A stretch of DNA of 44,352 nt from positions 1 to 44,352 of IMG/VR virus record IMGVR_UViG_3300047504_000019. One strand, given 5' to 3'. The notes below the pieces were generated by a model that ran no database searches, was not told the origin of the DNA, and saw only the letters and a list, made by a program, of their open reading frames with translations. The stretch comes from a virus (taxonomy: Duplodnaviria > Caudoviricetes). Positions 8,301-16,333 of the stretch are shown here, piece by piece. Within the stretch, counting starts at the first letter, position 1. Every line of letters starts with the position of its first letter. The position numbers and the translations under genes are program-made.

Positions 8301-11102
8301 ACCTACAAAATCCATGATGTCTTTAGTTCCAACTGTAATCCACTTCTCAACTCCTCCAGTATGATAAGCAGACTCTAATACTGGTACACCCTCATCTATC
8401 AAGACTGAATCAAGACCATATTTCTTCTCTAAAGTCTTACTCAACTTCTCAACATTTGTCTCTAGTTCAAGTTGCAATCTTACTTTATCATTCACAGGAA
8501 TGTAGAGTGAATGTTTCTCTCCATTGAAATCAATAACTGTGTGTGCTGTCTCCAATCCATCAATACTCAACTTAGTTAAGTCTGCTGGACTATATGTATT
8601 ATCAGCATAGATATACCCTTTAGGAGTAAGTACAGTATCCTGCTTAAACATAGTGCCTATCTCTCTAGCTGTAGCATCATCAATACCTTCAATAAAGATA
8701 CTTTCCTCTCCCTTAACATTATTTCCCATCCATACAGCAGAATGATAACTATGAGTTGTCTGTTTTGTCATGTACTCTACAAGTTCAGCACTTCTCTTAA
8801 CATTTAGTTCCTTCTGTTGTTTAGCTGTAAGTCTCTTTGCCTCTTCTGCATTAACCCAGCCAGAGATAATAGCCCAATTCTTTGTCTTTACTGTATCAGC
8901 AAAATAGTTATGTGTATCAACAAACTTCTTAGCCTCAGTCATCTTCTCTTCCTGTTGTTGTGCTTTTATCCCAGATTCTTGCATTTTAGTCTTCTCCACA
9001 GCTTCTGTTACCACTTCAAGACCTTCTTGAGTCTCTCCTAACTGTGTTATTGCTGTAAGGTATGCTTGCTCTTCACTTATCCCTTCTTCTTTCATTAGGG
9101 AATCTACAGTTGCCTTCACTTTCTCTTGATAAACTGAAGATAAGTTATTATTTACATACTTCACCGAGATACCACCACCGAAGAGAGAGAAGGGAAGAAC
9201 CATAACTAATGACTGTAATGTGGTGTTTGAAAGTCCTTCAAAAACTCCTCTACTTTCATCAATAGTCTTTACAGTAGCATTTTGTATAGCCATCTGTACA
9301 ACTTCTTCTAAAGTCTCTGTTAATTCTATTGCACCAGCAGTTCTGATACCCTTCTTTAACAACTGCCTTGCGGTTAGTCCAACTACCTCTTTAGCCATAT
9401 TCTTGTTAAGTATTTTGCTAAAAGCAGGAGACAATGCTTTTAGATATGGTATATCTCCTAGACCTTCAACTGCTGAAATAACAAGACCTATAGGTACAGA
9501 TAATTTATTTGCTTGGTCATACGTTGCTCCATTATTTAGTAAGTCTTGTTTTAGACTATCCATATTTTGAGGAATAAACCAAGCACAACCAACAACACCA
9601 CCCAGTACAGGATTCTTTGTTGCAATAGTAACACCTGTACTAATAGCTACACCAGTTATAGTTGGTAATCCTTGACGAAGAAAAAGATAAGAGAGATAAC
9701 CTGGGTCTAAGAGTAAACTTGGTTGGTTCTCTAGGATGCTAGTAAAACCCTGTTCATATTCAGGTTTAGGAGCTAATTCAGGATGAGAAGTGTACCACTC
9801 TTCATAATTCTGTGTCCATTCAGCTTCTTTCGCTGCTAATTCTATTCTTTTCTCCTCATTAGCTTTATCCAACATAAGTTTCTGTTCATCTGAAGCAAGC
9901 AAAATAGACAAATCCACATGAGGTAAAAGCATACCAATAGGAGAAACCAAAGCAAAAACACCCTTAACCTTCTCCCAAGTGGAGACTTCACCATAAGCAC
10001 TCTCAGGAATATCAGGATAAAGGAGATAACTAGGCAGAGTAGCACCAAAAGTACGCTCTGCTGACAATACTATTCCTCCTTTTGCAGCAACCAAGAAGTC
10101 ATCCCAAGAATCCTGTATTAACCTTTCTTGTATGTAAGATGATGCAGTTGTAATTTGTTTCTCTTCATCAGTCAATACAGGATACCCTCTATCATCCTTA
10201 GAATAAGGAGTAAACTTGTATTGAGATATTTGCTGCTCATAAGCCACAGGGTCATTCTCTTTCAACCAAACCCACTGTGAAGCTAAGGATGAATTATGTG
10301 CATTTAAGTAATCTTGATACAAAATAGCATTATCCTGTACTGATTTATCTTCATTATAAGACAGTCCTACTAGCTCATCAGCCTCTCTAATATAATCTTC
10401 CAGTTGTTGTACTGCCTCATCCTTTGTGGGAGTAATTGGTGTGTACATCTCCTTCAATGCTCCCACAACCTCAGATATATCCTTAGAGAAAGCTACAGTA
10501 GAAGCTATAAGTCTCTGTTCTGCTTCAGGAAGATAAATCTTAGCTTCCTTTGTTGGAGTAAGTAAGTCTTCAGGATTCAAACCAGGAGGAAGTTCCTCTT
10601 CTCCTTCTGTAAAAGTTAATGCAGTTCTAGCATAGTTTAATACCCAATCTCTATCTTCCTGTGTCCAATCCTTCCCACTGATAGGAGCAAAGAGAGCTTC
10701 TAATTCTCCCTCTGACTTGAATTGCATACCAGCAGTATGAAATAAGTTAATAGTATTGATAATCTGTTGAGCTTGTGTAGTAACTCTTTGTTTCCTCGTC
10801 AGTTCATCCACATCTTTAGCTGTCCTTAAAGTGAAGGCTTGTGTTTCACTGGGAGTTAGACCAAGCCGAAGACTAGGAGTACCTAACCTCTCCAATGGAA
10901 GCCATGCACCTACGCTTCTTGCTGCTCTCTCATACCAAGGCTTCTCAGCCCAAGTAGCAGCATAGGTTTGTGCTGTCTGTTGCTGTTGAGCTAACAGACT
11001 TTGCTTCTGTCCTAGAATTGTAGCCTCTGCCTCACTGAAATAAGAAGGCAATGATAGAGGTTTAGTTATAGAAGGATAAAGTAGTTCATCTTCATCAGGC
11101 AT
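5325..11102 (-). CDS. 1925-aa internal virion/ejection polyvalent protein with DUF3293-like and zincin (HEXXH) domains
   Basis: Hydrophobic segments plus ETLEEVVQ; WAIISG...N..RSAEL...EESIFIEGI...FKQDTVL; LHEIGH...REVNAW; lies between portal and scaffold. Confidence 0.75.
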   Translation of the reverse strand: MPDEDELLYPSITKPLSLPSYFSEAEATILGQKQSLLAQQQQTAQTYAATWAEKPWYERAARSVGAWLPLERLGTPSLRLGLTPSETQAFTLRTAKDVDELTRKQRVTTQAQQIINTINLFHTAGMQFKSEGELEALFAPISGKDWTQEDRDWVLNYARTALTFTEGEEELPPGLNPEDLLTPTKEAKIYLPEAEQRLIASTVAFSKDISEVVGALKEMYTPITPTKDEAVQQLEDYIREADELVGLSYNEDKSVQDNAILYQDYLNAHNSSLASQWVWLKENDPVAYEQQISQYKFTPYSKDDRGYPVLTDEEKQITTASSYIQERLIQDSWDDFLVAAKGGIVLSAERTFGATLPSYLLYPDIPESAYGEVSTWEKVKGVFALVSPIGMLLPHVDLSILLASDEQKLMLDKANEEKRIELAAKEAEWTQNYEEWYTSHPELAPKPEYEQGFTSILENQPSLLLDPGYLSYLFLRQGLPTITGVAISTGVTIATKNPVLGGVVGCAWFIPQNMDSLKQDLLNNGATYDQANKLSVPIGLVISAVEGLGDIPYLKALSPAFSKILNKNMAKEVVGLTARQLLKKGIRTAGAIELTETLEEVVQMAIQNATVKTIDESRGVFEGLSNTTLQSLVMVLPFSLFGGGISVKYVNNNLSSVYQEKVKATVDSLMKEEGISEEQAYLTAITQLGETQEGLEVVTEAVEKTKMQESGIKAQQQEEKMTEAKKFVDTHNYFADTVKTKNWAIISGWVNAEEAKRLTAKQQKELNVKRSAELVEYMTKQTTHSYHSAVWMGNNVKGEESIFIEGIDDATAREIGTMFKQDTVLTPKGYIYADNTYSPADLTKLSIDGLETAHTVIDFNGEKHSLYIPVNDKVRLQLELETNVEKLSKTLEKKYGLDSVLIDEGVPVLESAYHTGGVEKWITVGTKDIMDFVGNDADAKTFTTMLMLHEIGHNLDPLVTAKGGDVLAREVNAWKSVVSEATKYGLKQSDVIRILRDFAPSTKYEGLLGALTKAGVVPTEAPILPIAAQGEELIPLSGIPSTVPEGYSKITGLKQIKRAVPTEAAPVVVGVAPGVTLSDASGGQPPLTLEGMTNPPPPKPKGWWQRKTKGLGELIRDVQTLKYTFMNYDTTTKRIGAGETYYNLSYNTELAYSASEATSRKSLNLILNNPRLARFITDESALARIEQELRARNPEIVKETGIKHPALSDAEMEFANTIEKINKARELGIRYRRFTTAWDRHDGSVDAILKDIPDGNIEDFTTAGAFITANNDNSLLDFLATRTWGVMQSGYTPTQVYYPDVLRRHKWTETIGYGALQTRENIELPEMEANLWQREVKYVTQQDLGFRMTSLMQQANKMLKVDEAKGQLSDKQIREIGNTMRDYFDTLTQRRASRGAATQFAMNMAGQSYTTIFETYPILSVRNIIQGLMFYWDRIGLVKSLKTPMTEIEHIFFDNKSSEMEGIRRDALLKGETSGLKIFTPLNRLAGKIGMFSHSETFSRKSTFHAAYTKALAANNEYLKSAKGKKDFSAWLRKSDAWVLETPQRVAAMNYLLENKTSLAVPGLTNLTGAEASALYVADQAVDIVHYRYTRAYRGKYEHSDTGKILFGLSTYPRSYAEMMVRRVSKVMDKSLPWNLRIKGLYEVLAIVIAGTVGAAALTKLTGRKTKSYSPWDMFNWSFGGLTVGVLQDLTGTTYDLLQAVIGNKESQNTVLSRLGKDVTGLAREFIPWYQAAMHLYETAIDKEYVDTAFVRKFFSTIKENYTPQEIETMERSWWEKLQHAIFGGTQVEPDIVEKQGQTLVDKEELLGKLDESGQLYSLQNFATAVRAAERALPAGIIAEEFGFSDLALFYIDTESYLQREYYDKYEEYKESDRTKLRRSCRERNPNVDALLYFWGITDTLLTTEARAIVNMLNGYYSIPAGARR

Positions 11103-11105
11103 AGT

Positions 11106-12794
11106 TTATCTCCTCATAGTTAATTCTTCTCTTGGAGTTACAGCAGGTGAAACTCCTGGTGCTCTGGGTGTTGCTCCTGCTTCTCTTTGAGCCATTACCT
11201 CAGTAGCCTCTGTAGGTTTGGCAGCACCAGCAGGAGGCACAGTCAACTGTGCTTCCAATGATTGAGCAGCTTTTCTAAACCTTGCTGCTCCCTCTCTATC
11301 ACCACGATACTCCAAATACTTAGCAAATGTAGTATAAGCAGAAGCTAAGTTTATATTCTGTGTCATAGGATGTTTCCTCACAGCATCCTGTTGCTTCCTA
11401 CGATTAACTAACTGTAAATCAGGAACTTTAAGTATCTCTTCAAGTATTGTTTCCTCATCCAGTAATTCCTTCAGATAATTAGCCACAGTAGCCTTCTCTA
11501 ACCAATCTTTAGGTGTAGCTAACTCACTAAATACTGTAACTGTTACATCCTCTGGTATGTCATCAGCACTTAACTCTTCCAGAGTTCTACCTTTTATCTG
11601 AAACTTCTTATGCCCATCCTTTAACTTCTTCAACCAGAAGGTGTCAATCTGTGATATAATGAAGTTCTTAGCTTCCTGATAAGGAAGTAGTATCTGGTTA
11701 GCAGTATTCACAATCTGTGTTAGAGCATAACCTGATGTTCTTCCTTCCATCAATCCATATAGCATATCTGAGAATCCACCCTTCTGTAAATCTCTATCCA
11801 TAGAGATAAGTAGGCTCTGCATCTCAATAGGGATAGGATTTGATGGAATGGGAGTTAAACTCTCTCCTGGCTGAAAATGAACTACAAATCCTCTTTCCAT
11901 TAGTTTATCTGGGTCAACTTTAGGTTCACCAGTGGAAATCTCTTGCCATCTTTGTTGAGCAGCATCTCTCAATATCTGTAACATATATGTTGCCCATCTA
12001 TTACGACTCTCTATAGTGGGAGCATTAGTCTCCAAGATGGATTGCCCTATGAGACCCTTCCAATCATCCTTACCTTCAATTATCCCCTCCTCTGGAAATC
12101 CACCTACAGGAGCAACAAGAAGAAGTATATCCTCTCTCATTTCCTCTGGTGTGATTGGTTTTTTATCAGCAAAGATTCTAGTCTTTAACTTCCCATTCTC
12201 ATCAACATAATAATAGTCATCCAATGTAACGATATTATCTAATGACCTACTCTCATAATGCCACTTATTTGCTTTAGCTTTCCGTAGAAGAGACCTAGCA
12301 GTTAGAGTATATTCATGTACACAAGCAGTTAGCTGTCCATCCTCATATCTTGGGAAGGTTTGTGCAGGATGCCATAAAGTAGGTATTAGCATTTGAGTCT
12401 CTTCGTCATAAGCAATCATCTGTGCATACCAACCCAACATGAGTAAATCAAATGCTAACTCTGACTCATAAGTAGGTTGACCTCCCGACATTCTCCTTTC
12501 ATTTATCTTCTTCCACATGTATTGACATGCTCTCTCACATCTAGCTTGTTTATCCATCTCTATAGGGTCATCAGTAGCAAGAGGAACAACATGCTGAGTA
12601 TTTCCAGCAGTAAGAAAGTAATGAGAGAGATTATAGAATGTCCTTGGGAAGTTAGTTACAGTGGATTCCATACCAGTCCTCTTTAACTCATCTGTGAGCT
12701 TTAAGAGACTCATCCACTCCTTAAACTTCACTAATCTAGGATTCCAACTCCTCCTTAAATTATCAATATCTGTTAGCATTTCTCTTTCTTCCAT
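11106..12794 (-). CDS. Portal (head-tail connector) protein
   Basis: 562 aa directly after TerL; mixed helical/beta pattern with a GRTSGYAL motif typical of podoviral portals. Confidence 0.8.
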   Translation of the reverse strand: MEEREMLTDIDNLRRSWNPRLVKFKEWMSLLKLTDELKRTGMESTVTNFPRTFYNLSHYFLTAGNTQHVVPLATDDPIEMDKQARCERACQYMWKKINERRMSGGQPTYESELAFDLLMLGWYAQMIAYDEETQMLIPTLWHPAQTFPRYEDGQLTACVHEYTLTARSLLRKAKANKWHYESRSLDNIVTLDDYYYVDENGKLKTRIFADKKPITPEEMREDILLLVAPVGGFPEEGIIEGKDDWKGLIGQSILETNAPTIESRNRWATYMLQILRDAAQQRWQEISTGEPKVDPDKLMERGFVVHFQPGESLTPIPSNPIPIEMQSLLISMDRDLQKGGFSDMLYGLMEGRTSGYALTQIVNTANQILLPYQEAKNFIISQIDTFWLKKLKDGHKKFQIKGRTLEELSADDIPEDVTVTVFSELATPKDWLEKATVANYLKELLDEETILEEILKVPDLQLVNRRKQQDAVRKHPMTQNINLASAYTTFAKYLEYRGDREGAARFRKAAQSLEAQLTVPPAGAAKPTEATEVMAQREAGATPRAPGVSPAVTPREELTMRR

Positions 12795-12807
12795 TTATAT
12801 CTCCTTT

Positions 12808-14268
12808 TTAATCACTCCAAGCCTTAGTATGACCAATAATTCCCCTTGAACCTGATGTAGTTCTTCGAGCAGCTATTGCAATCATCGTAGCAATCAACAA
12901 GTCATCATAAGTCTGCGGTAGAGGTTTCAATCCAACATACCTATATCCTCTAGCCTGTCTAACTAAATTCACATCCCATACCTTTAGTCTTGGCAGAACA
13001 TCTTTGAAGGTAGAGAACATAAATGACTTTGTTTGTTCACTTGTCCACCAACCTATCTTAGTTGTCTGCTTACCAGTAGTATAGTCTCTCTGATAATACT
13101 TATTAGGGTAATGCTCCTTCTCCAATACAGCTAACACTGCGTATCCTTGAGCATTTCTTTCCACAGCTAATTCAGCATTATTATAGTATTTACCTAACTC
13201 CATCAATACTTGTGCAAAGATAGTTGGGTCAACCTTCCTTTGATATGTAGCACAGACATTGTAGTATTCATCCAGCACTGATGCAGCAGAGTAAGATACT
13301 GCTCCTGCACTGCAATCAGCACCAATAACATACTTCTTACCCTTCTCTGGTTCTTTCCAGATGAGTGCTCCTGTAGAATGATTCTTTCCAGGGTAGCATT
13401 GTCTAGCAAGAGTATCTAGTATATAAGAATCAAATACAGGTTCTCCTACAACTATGAACGCATTTAATTCATCTTCGGGGTATTCTTGATAAAAGAGTCC
13501 ACCCTTGTCTGCTATCTTCATCCTTCTCCACCTTAGTTGCTCTTCAGTAAGATTATACCTATCTTTAAGCTCTATCTCATCAGGAGATAAATCTAAATCT
13601 CCTCTATCTCCTTCTAGAGCATATTCTGAACCTTTTGATAACCAATAATCTTGTCCTGACCACCAAGGAAAGAAAAGTGGTTTGTAACTATTCTTCTTCT
13701 CTCTTGCTTTACTCCATAATCCAAAGAACTCATTCTCTCCATTGGGGGAGGTCTCAATAACTATATCTCCATTCAAAGGAACAGCTTCCTCTACAGCATT
13801 GATAATTCTTTCAGCATCGGGGTAGAATGCGAATTCACTAAGGTGAGCTTTATTTATCGTGTCACCTCTTCCGAACACCATTGCTTGAGCACTTCCAATA
13901 TAGATACTACTATTCAACTCTGGAAAGGTAATTTCATAAGCAGATTTGTGTCCCATCTCAGGTCTTATCTCTGTTCTCATTGTTTCGTAATAGAAATGTA
14001 CTTTTGCCAATAATCTTTCTGTAGCATGAGACTCATGTGAAACTACTACACAAGTTGTATTTGGTGTAGTGATAGACTCAGAAAAGAGGTCTGCTAGGAT
14101 GATGCTAGATAGCCCCAACTGACGAGATTTACAGATAAGAGTTCGTCTGGATTTATTAAGCATATAATAACGCTGGACATTGTTCAGAACAAAAGGAACA
14201 ACCTGCCTATCCTTTGTGATAATGCAAAGATAACGTTCTATGAAGTTTATTTTTTGTTCAGTCTCCAC
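12808..14268 (-). CDS. terL: Terminase large subunit
   Basis: KSRQLGLS (Walker A region), HLSEFAF (Walker B), ETSPNG, nuclease motifs IGADCS, VERN and DDLLIA. Confidence 0.95.
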   Translation of the reverse strand: METEQKINFIERYLCIITKDRQVVPFVLNNVQRYYMLNKSRRTLICKSRQLGLSSIILADLFSESITTPNTTCVVVSHESHATERLLAKVHFYYETMRTEIRPEMGHKSAYEITFPELNSSIYIGSAQAMVFGRGDTINKAHLSEFAFYPDAERIINAVEEAVPLNGDIVIETSPNGENEFFGLWSKAREKKNSYKPLFFPWWSGQDYWLSKGSEYALEGDRGDLDLSPDEIELKDRYNLTEEQLRWRRMKIADKGGLFYQEYPEDELNAFIVVGEPVFDSYILDTLARQCYPGKNHSTGALIWKEPEKGKKYVIGADCSAGAVSYSAASVLDEYYNVCATYQRKVDPTIFAQVLMELGKYYNNAELAVERNAQGYAVLAVLEKEHYPNKYYQRDYTTGKQTTKIGWWTSEQTKSFMFSTFKDVLPRLKVWDVNLVRQARGYRYVGLKPLPQTYDDLLIATMIAIAARRTTSGSRGIIGHTKAWSD

Positions 14269-14663
14269 TTCTTATCCTCTCCTTCTTCCATCCTCTTAAT
14301 AAGTTGACAATTAGAGCAGAGAACTTGATAACCCTCTGGGAAGTTATTACGTTTTAACCACTGATAAAAGCCTTCTCCACTCCCTGTTTTAAGCTCTCTT
14401 CTATGCTTACACCCACCTCCTTCAATATGGTCTATCGTTAAAGCTCGTATATCACTAAACCCACACTTAGCACAAACAAGTTTTTCATCACTATAATGAC
14501 CAAGAATCTCTAGTTTCCTCTTCTGACGACATCTCATATCAATAGCTTGTCTTTGTTCTTTATGCTCCTGACACCACTTCCTACCATAAGCGAGCCTTTC
14601 CTCTTTATGTCTTCGGTAGAATCTTTGCCATCTAGTTAATCCATCGTTTATCTTTTTAGACAT
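14247..14663 (-). CDS. HNH endonuclease with zinc finger
   Basis: CAKCG...LTIDHIEGGG...QVLCSNC. Confidence 0.85.
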   Translation of the reverse strand: MSKKINDGLTRWQRFYRRHKEERLAYGRKWCQEHKEQRQAIDMRCRQKRKLEILGHYSDEKLVCAKCGFSDIRALTIDHIEGGGCKHRRELKTGSGEGFYQWLKRNNFPEGYQVLCSNCQLIKRMEEGEDKKWRLNKK

Positions 14664-14666
14664 TTC

Positions 14667-14777
14667 TTATATCCATCTTCTCTTTATTCTTCTAAACAGA
14701 GTGCTTCTAACCTTACGATGCAGTTGAGCACGTCTTATATTTCTTCTAGCTGCTGCTCTTTGTCTATAAGTTCTCAC
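14667..14777 (-). CDS. 36-aa arginine-rich peptide (not in ORF track)
   Basis: GTG after GAGGAGG; MRTYRQRAAARRNIRRAQLHRKVRSTLFRRIKRRWI*; fills the gap between TerS and HNH. Confidence 0.6.
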   Translation of the reverse strand: MRTYRQRAAARRNIRRAQLHRKVRSTLFRRIKRRWI

Positions 14778-15249
14778 CTACTACCTCCTCTCTTGGTGCA
14801 GATAGCTGCTCTCTTTGTGGAACACCAGCAATCACATTTTGACTCTGAACAAATTGAATCCATCCAGCATTAGGAATTGTTACTCCCTTAGCTGACTCCA
14901 ATGCTTTATCATATACTTCCTTAGCTAATGGTGTCTTCACAAGGTTATATTCTCCTGATTCTATCTCTTCCTTTATCTTCACTAGCAATTCTTGCTCCAA
15001 GAAGAGAGCCATTACTTTATTTCCTTGTCTTAGTAATTGAAATGCCTCTTCAAAGTAAGCATCCTTTAACTCTTCTACTCTCTCAACTAGAGCATGAAAG
15101 TTCTTATTATCATGTAGCCACCACTTTAGAGTAGCAGTTGGTATGTTAGCTAATTTGAGAGCTACATCCTTTTTAGTACCTGCAACAAGATACTGGATAA
15201 ACTTCTTCTGTTTAGGATTTAATGCAGCAGTCTCGTCTTTTAATGCCAC
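14764..15249 (-). CDS. terS: Terminase small subunit (putative)
   Basis: N-terminal LNPKQKKFI...A...A HTH pattern, upstream of TerL. Confidence 0.65.
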   Translation of the reverse strand: MALKDETAALNPKQKKFIQYLVAGTKKDVALKLANIPTATLKWWLHDNKNFHALVERVEELKDAYFEEAFQLLRQGNKVMALFLEQELLVKIKEEIESGEYNLVKTPLAKEVYDKALESAKGVTIPNAGWIQFVQSQNVIAGVPQREQLSAPREEVVGENL

Positions 15250-15330
15250 TCTTACTGAGTCTCCATCTTTCTCTTATAATACAAGATATATTACATATTA
15301 CTACACAGAGTAGTATCTCTAACAGTATCT

Positions 15331-15579
15331 TTACCCATTCAGGCATATCACTTCTATAATTATACCTTTGGGGATTATAGAGATAGCTGTGAAGGAATCT
15401 TCCCCTTCAGGTATCTTCTCAATTATCTCAGAGGCTACAATAGTCTCAGTATCTGATTCCTTTAACAAATAACCAACAGTTCTTCGCTTGATAGGTTGTA
15501 AATTCACTATAGCACTTCTAGTCATCTCTGCTGATTCATGCCAAGCATCAATCCAGATTACTTCAACTATTGTAAACAT
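15331..15579 (-). CDS. Conserved phage hypothetical protein
   Basis: VEVIWIDA...TVGYLL...IPKGII motif family. Confidence 0.7.
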   Translation of the reverse strand: MFTIVEVIWIDAWHESAEMTRSAIVNLQPIKRRTVGYLLKESDTETIVASEIIEKIPEGEDSFTAISIIPKGIIIEVICLNG

Positions 15580-15605
15580 AATAATATCTCTGTAGTCCTA
15601 TAATA

Positions 15606-15635
15606 ATTATACCACATCGAAGAAGGAGGAGTCAA
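15606..15635 (-). promoter_or_regulatory. Sigma-A promoter for the packaging operon
   Basis: TTGACT-18 nt-TATAAT with extended -10 TG. Confidence 0.7.
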
Positions 15636-15710
15636 GTAGTTGTTATAATATCCCCTAGAATAGCCCTGAGAAGCTCAAGAAAGGGCATTGATAGGGATGG
15701 GAGGTATATT

Positions 15711-16319
15711 TCATTGCTGAGAGATTTCATCCCTGTTTTTCCACAAATACTTAATATAGAGATGTTTACGAGAACGAGGTCTCCATTCACCCTTTAACTC
15801 CGAATACTTGACTCCCTTCAACTTACCAACTGGTTTTCCGCCAATAAAGAGGTCTGTTTTAGGTGCTGTTAATCCCTGATACTTAAAGTTACTGGCTTGA
15901 TATATTATTCCAGTATGACCATAAGCAGTATCAGCATAAGTGATAATTCCTCTTAAAGAAGGTCTTAGTTTTCTTAACAATCTCAAACTAATAGCTATTA
16001 CCCTGCTTTCACTATTCTTAGGGAGTTCATCTGACAGAGCTAAACGAGTCAATTCCATGAAGTCTGATTGTGTATCCTTTGTGTAAATCCCCTTAATAGC
16101 TGGAGCATTAGGTATTCCATATGAGATAGCTCCAAATAATACATCATTATAATATACACCAAAATTGAAAGTGGATAAGAAACCTTTATCACCAAAGTAA
16201 TGCCACTTATGATAAGCCTCTGATGCTGTCTTCTTATCTACCTGTTTTAATTTTAGTTGGAGCGGTGAAGTCGGAATTGAACCGCTATCTTCTACTTGGT
16301 TCAGTAGTTGTTCTGCCAT
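15711..16319 (-). CDS. mom: Mom-family adenine modification enzyme (GNAT fold); likely start ATG 16319
   Basis: HKWHY, GAISYG.P, ELTRLALSDELPKNSESRVIA, IITYADTAYGHTGIIYQASNF.Y.G and KHLY motifs; TAATG overlap with the polA stop. Confidence 0.85.
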   Translation of the reverse strand: MAEQLLNQVEDSGSIPTSPLQLKLKQVDKKTASEAYHKWHYFGDKGFLSTFNFGVYYNDVLFGAISYGIPNAPAIKGIYTKDTQSDFMELTRLALSDELPKNSESRVIAISLRLLRKLRPSLRGIITYADTAYGHTGIIYQASNFKYQGLTAPKTDLFIGGKPVGKLKGVKYSELKGEWRPRSRKHLYIKYLWKNRDEISQQ

Positions 16320-16333
16320 TAAACTATCACCGC
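16258..16333 (-). tRNA. Non-canonical tRNA-Gly-like element, 76 nt with encoded CCA
   Basis: GCGGTGA TA GTTT AATGGCA GAAC A ACTAC TGAACCAA GTAGA AGAT AGCGG TTCAATT CCGACT TCACCGC T CCA: perfect 7-bp acceptor stem, D arm, TTC loop, U73; irregular anticodon loop; bulged T stem. Confidence 0.85.

Noticed and set aside
5325-11102. Tape measure protein or virion RNA polymerase
   Set aside because: No tail tube or chaperone genes, no tape-measure periodicity, and no polymerase catalytic motifs recognised.
14247-14663. Intron- or intein-encoded homing endonuclease interrupting terL
   Set aside because: terL is intact from its own start; the HNH gene is free-standing upstream.
16258-16333. Ordinary decoding tRNA-Gly or an attP remnant
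   Set aside because: The anticodon loop is not 7 nt and the T stem is bulged; an attP would usually carry only the tRNA 3' part near an integrase, and none was found.
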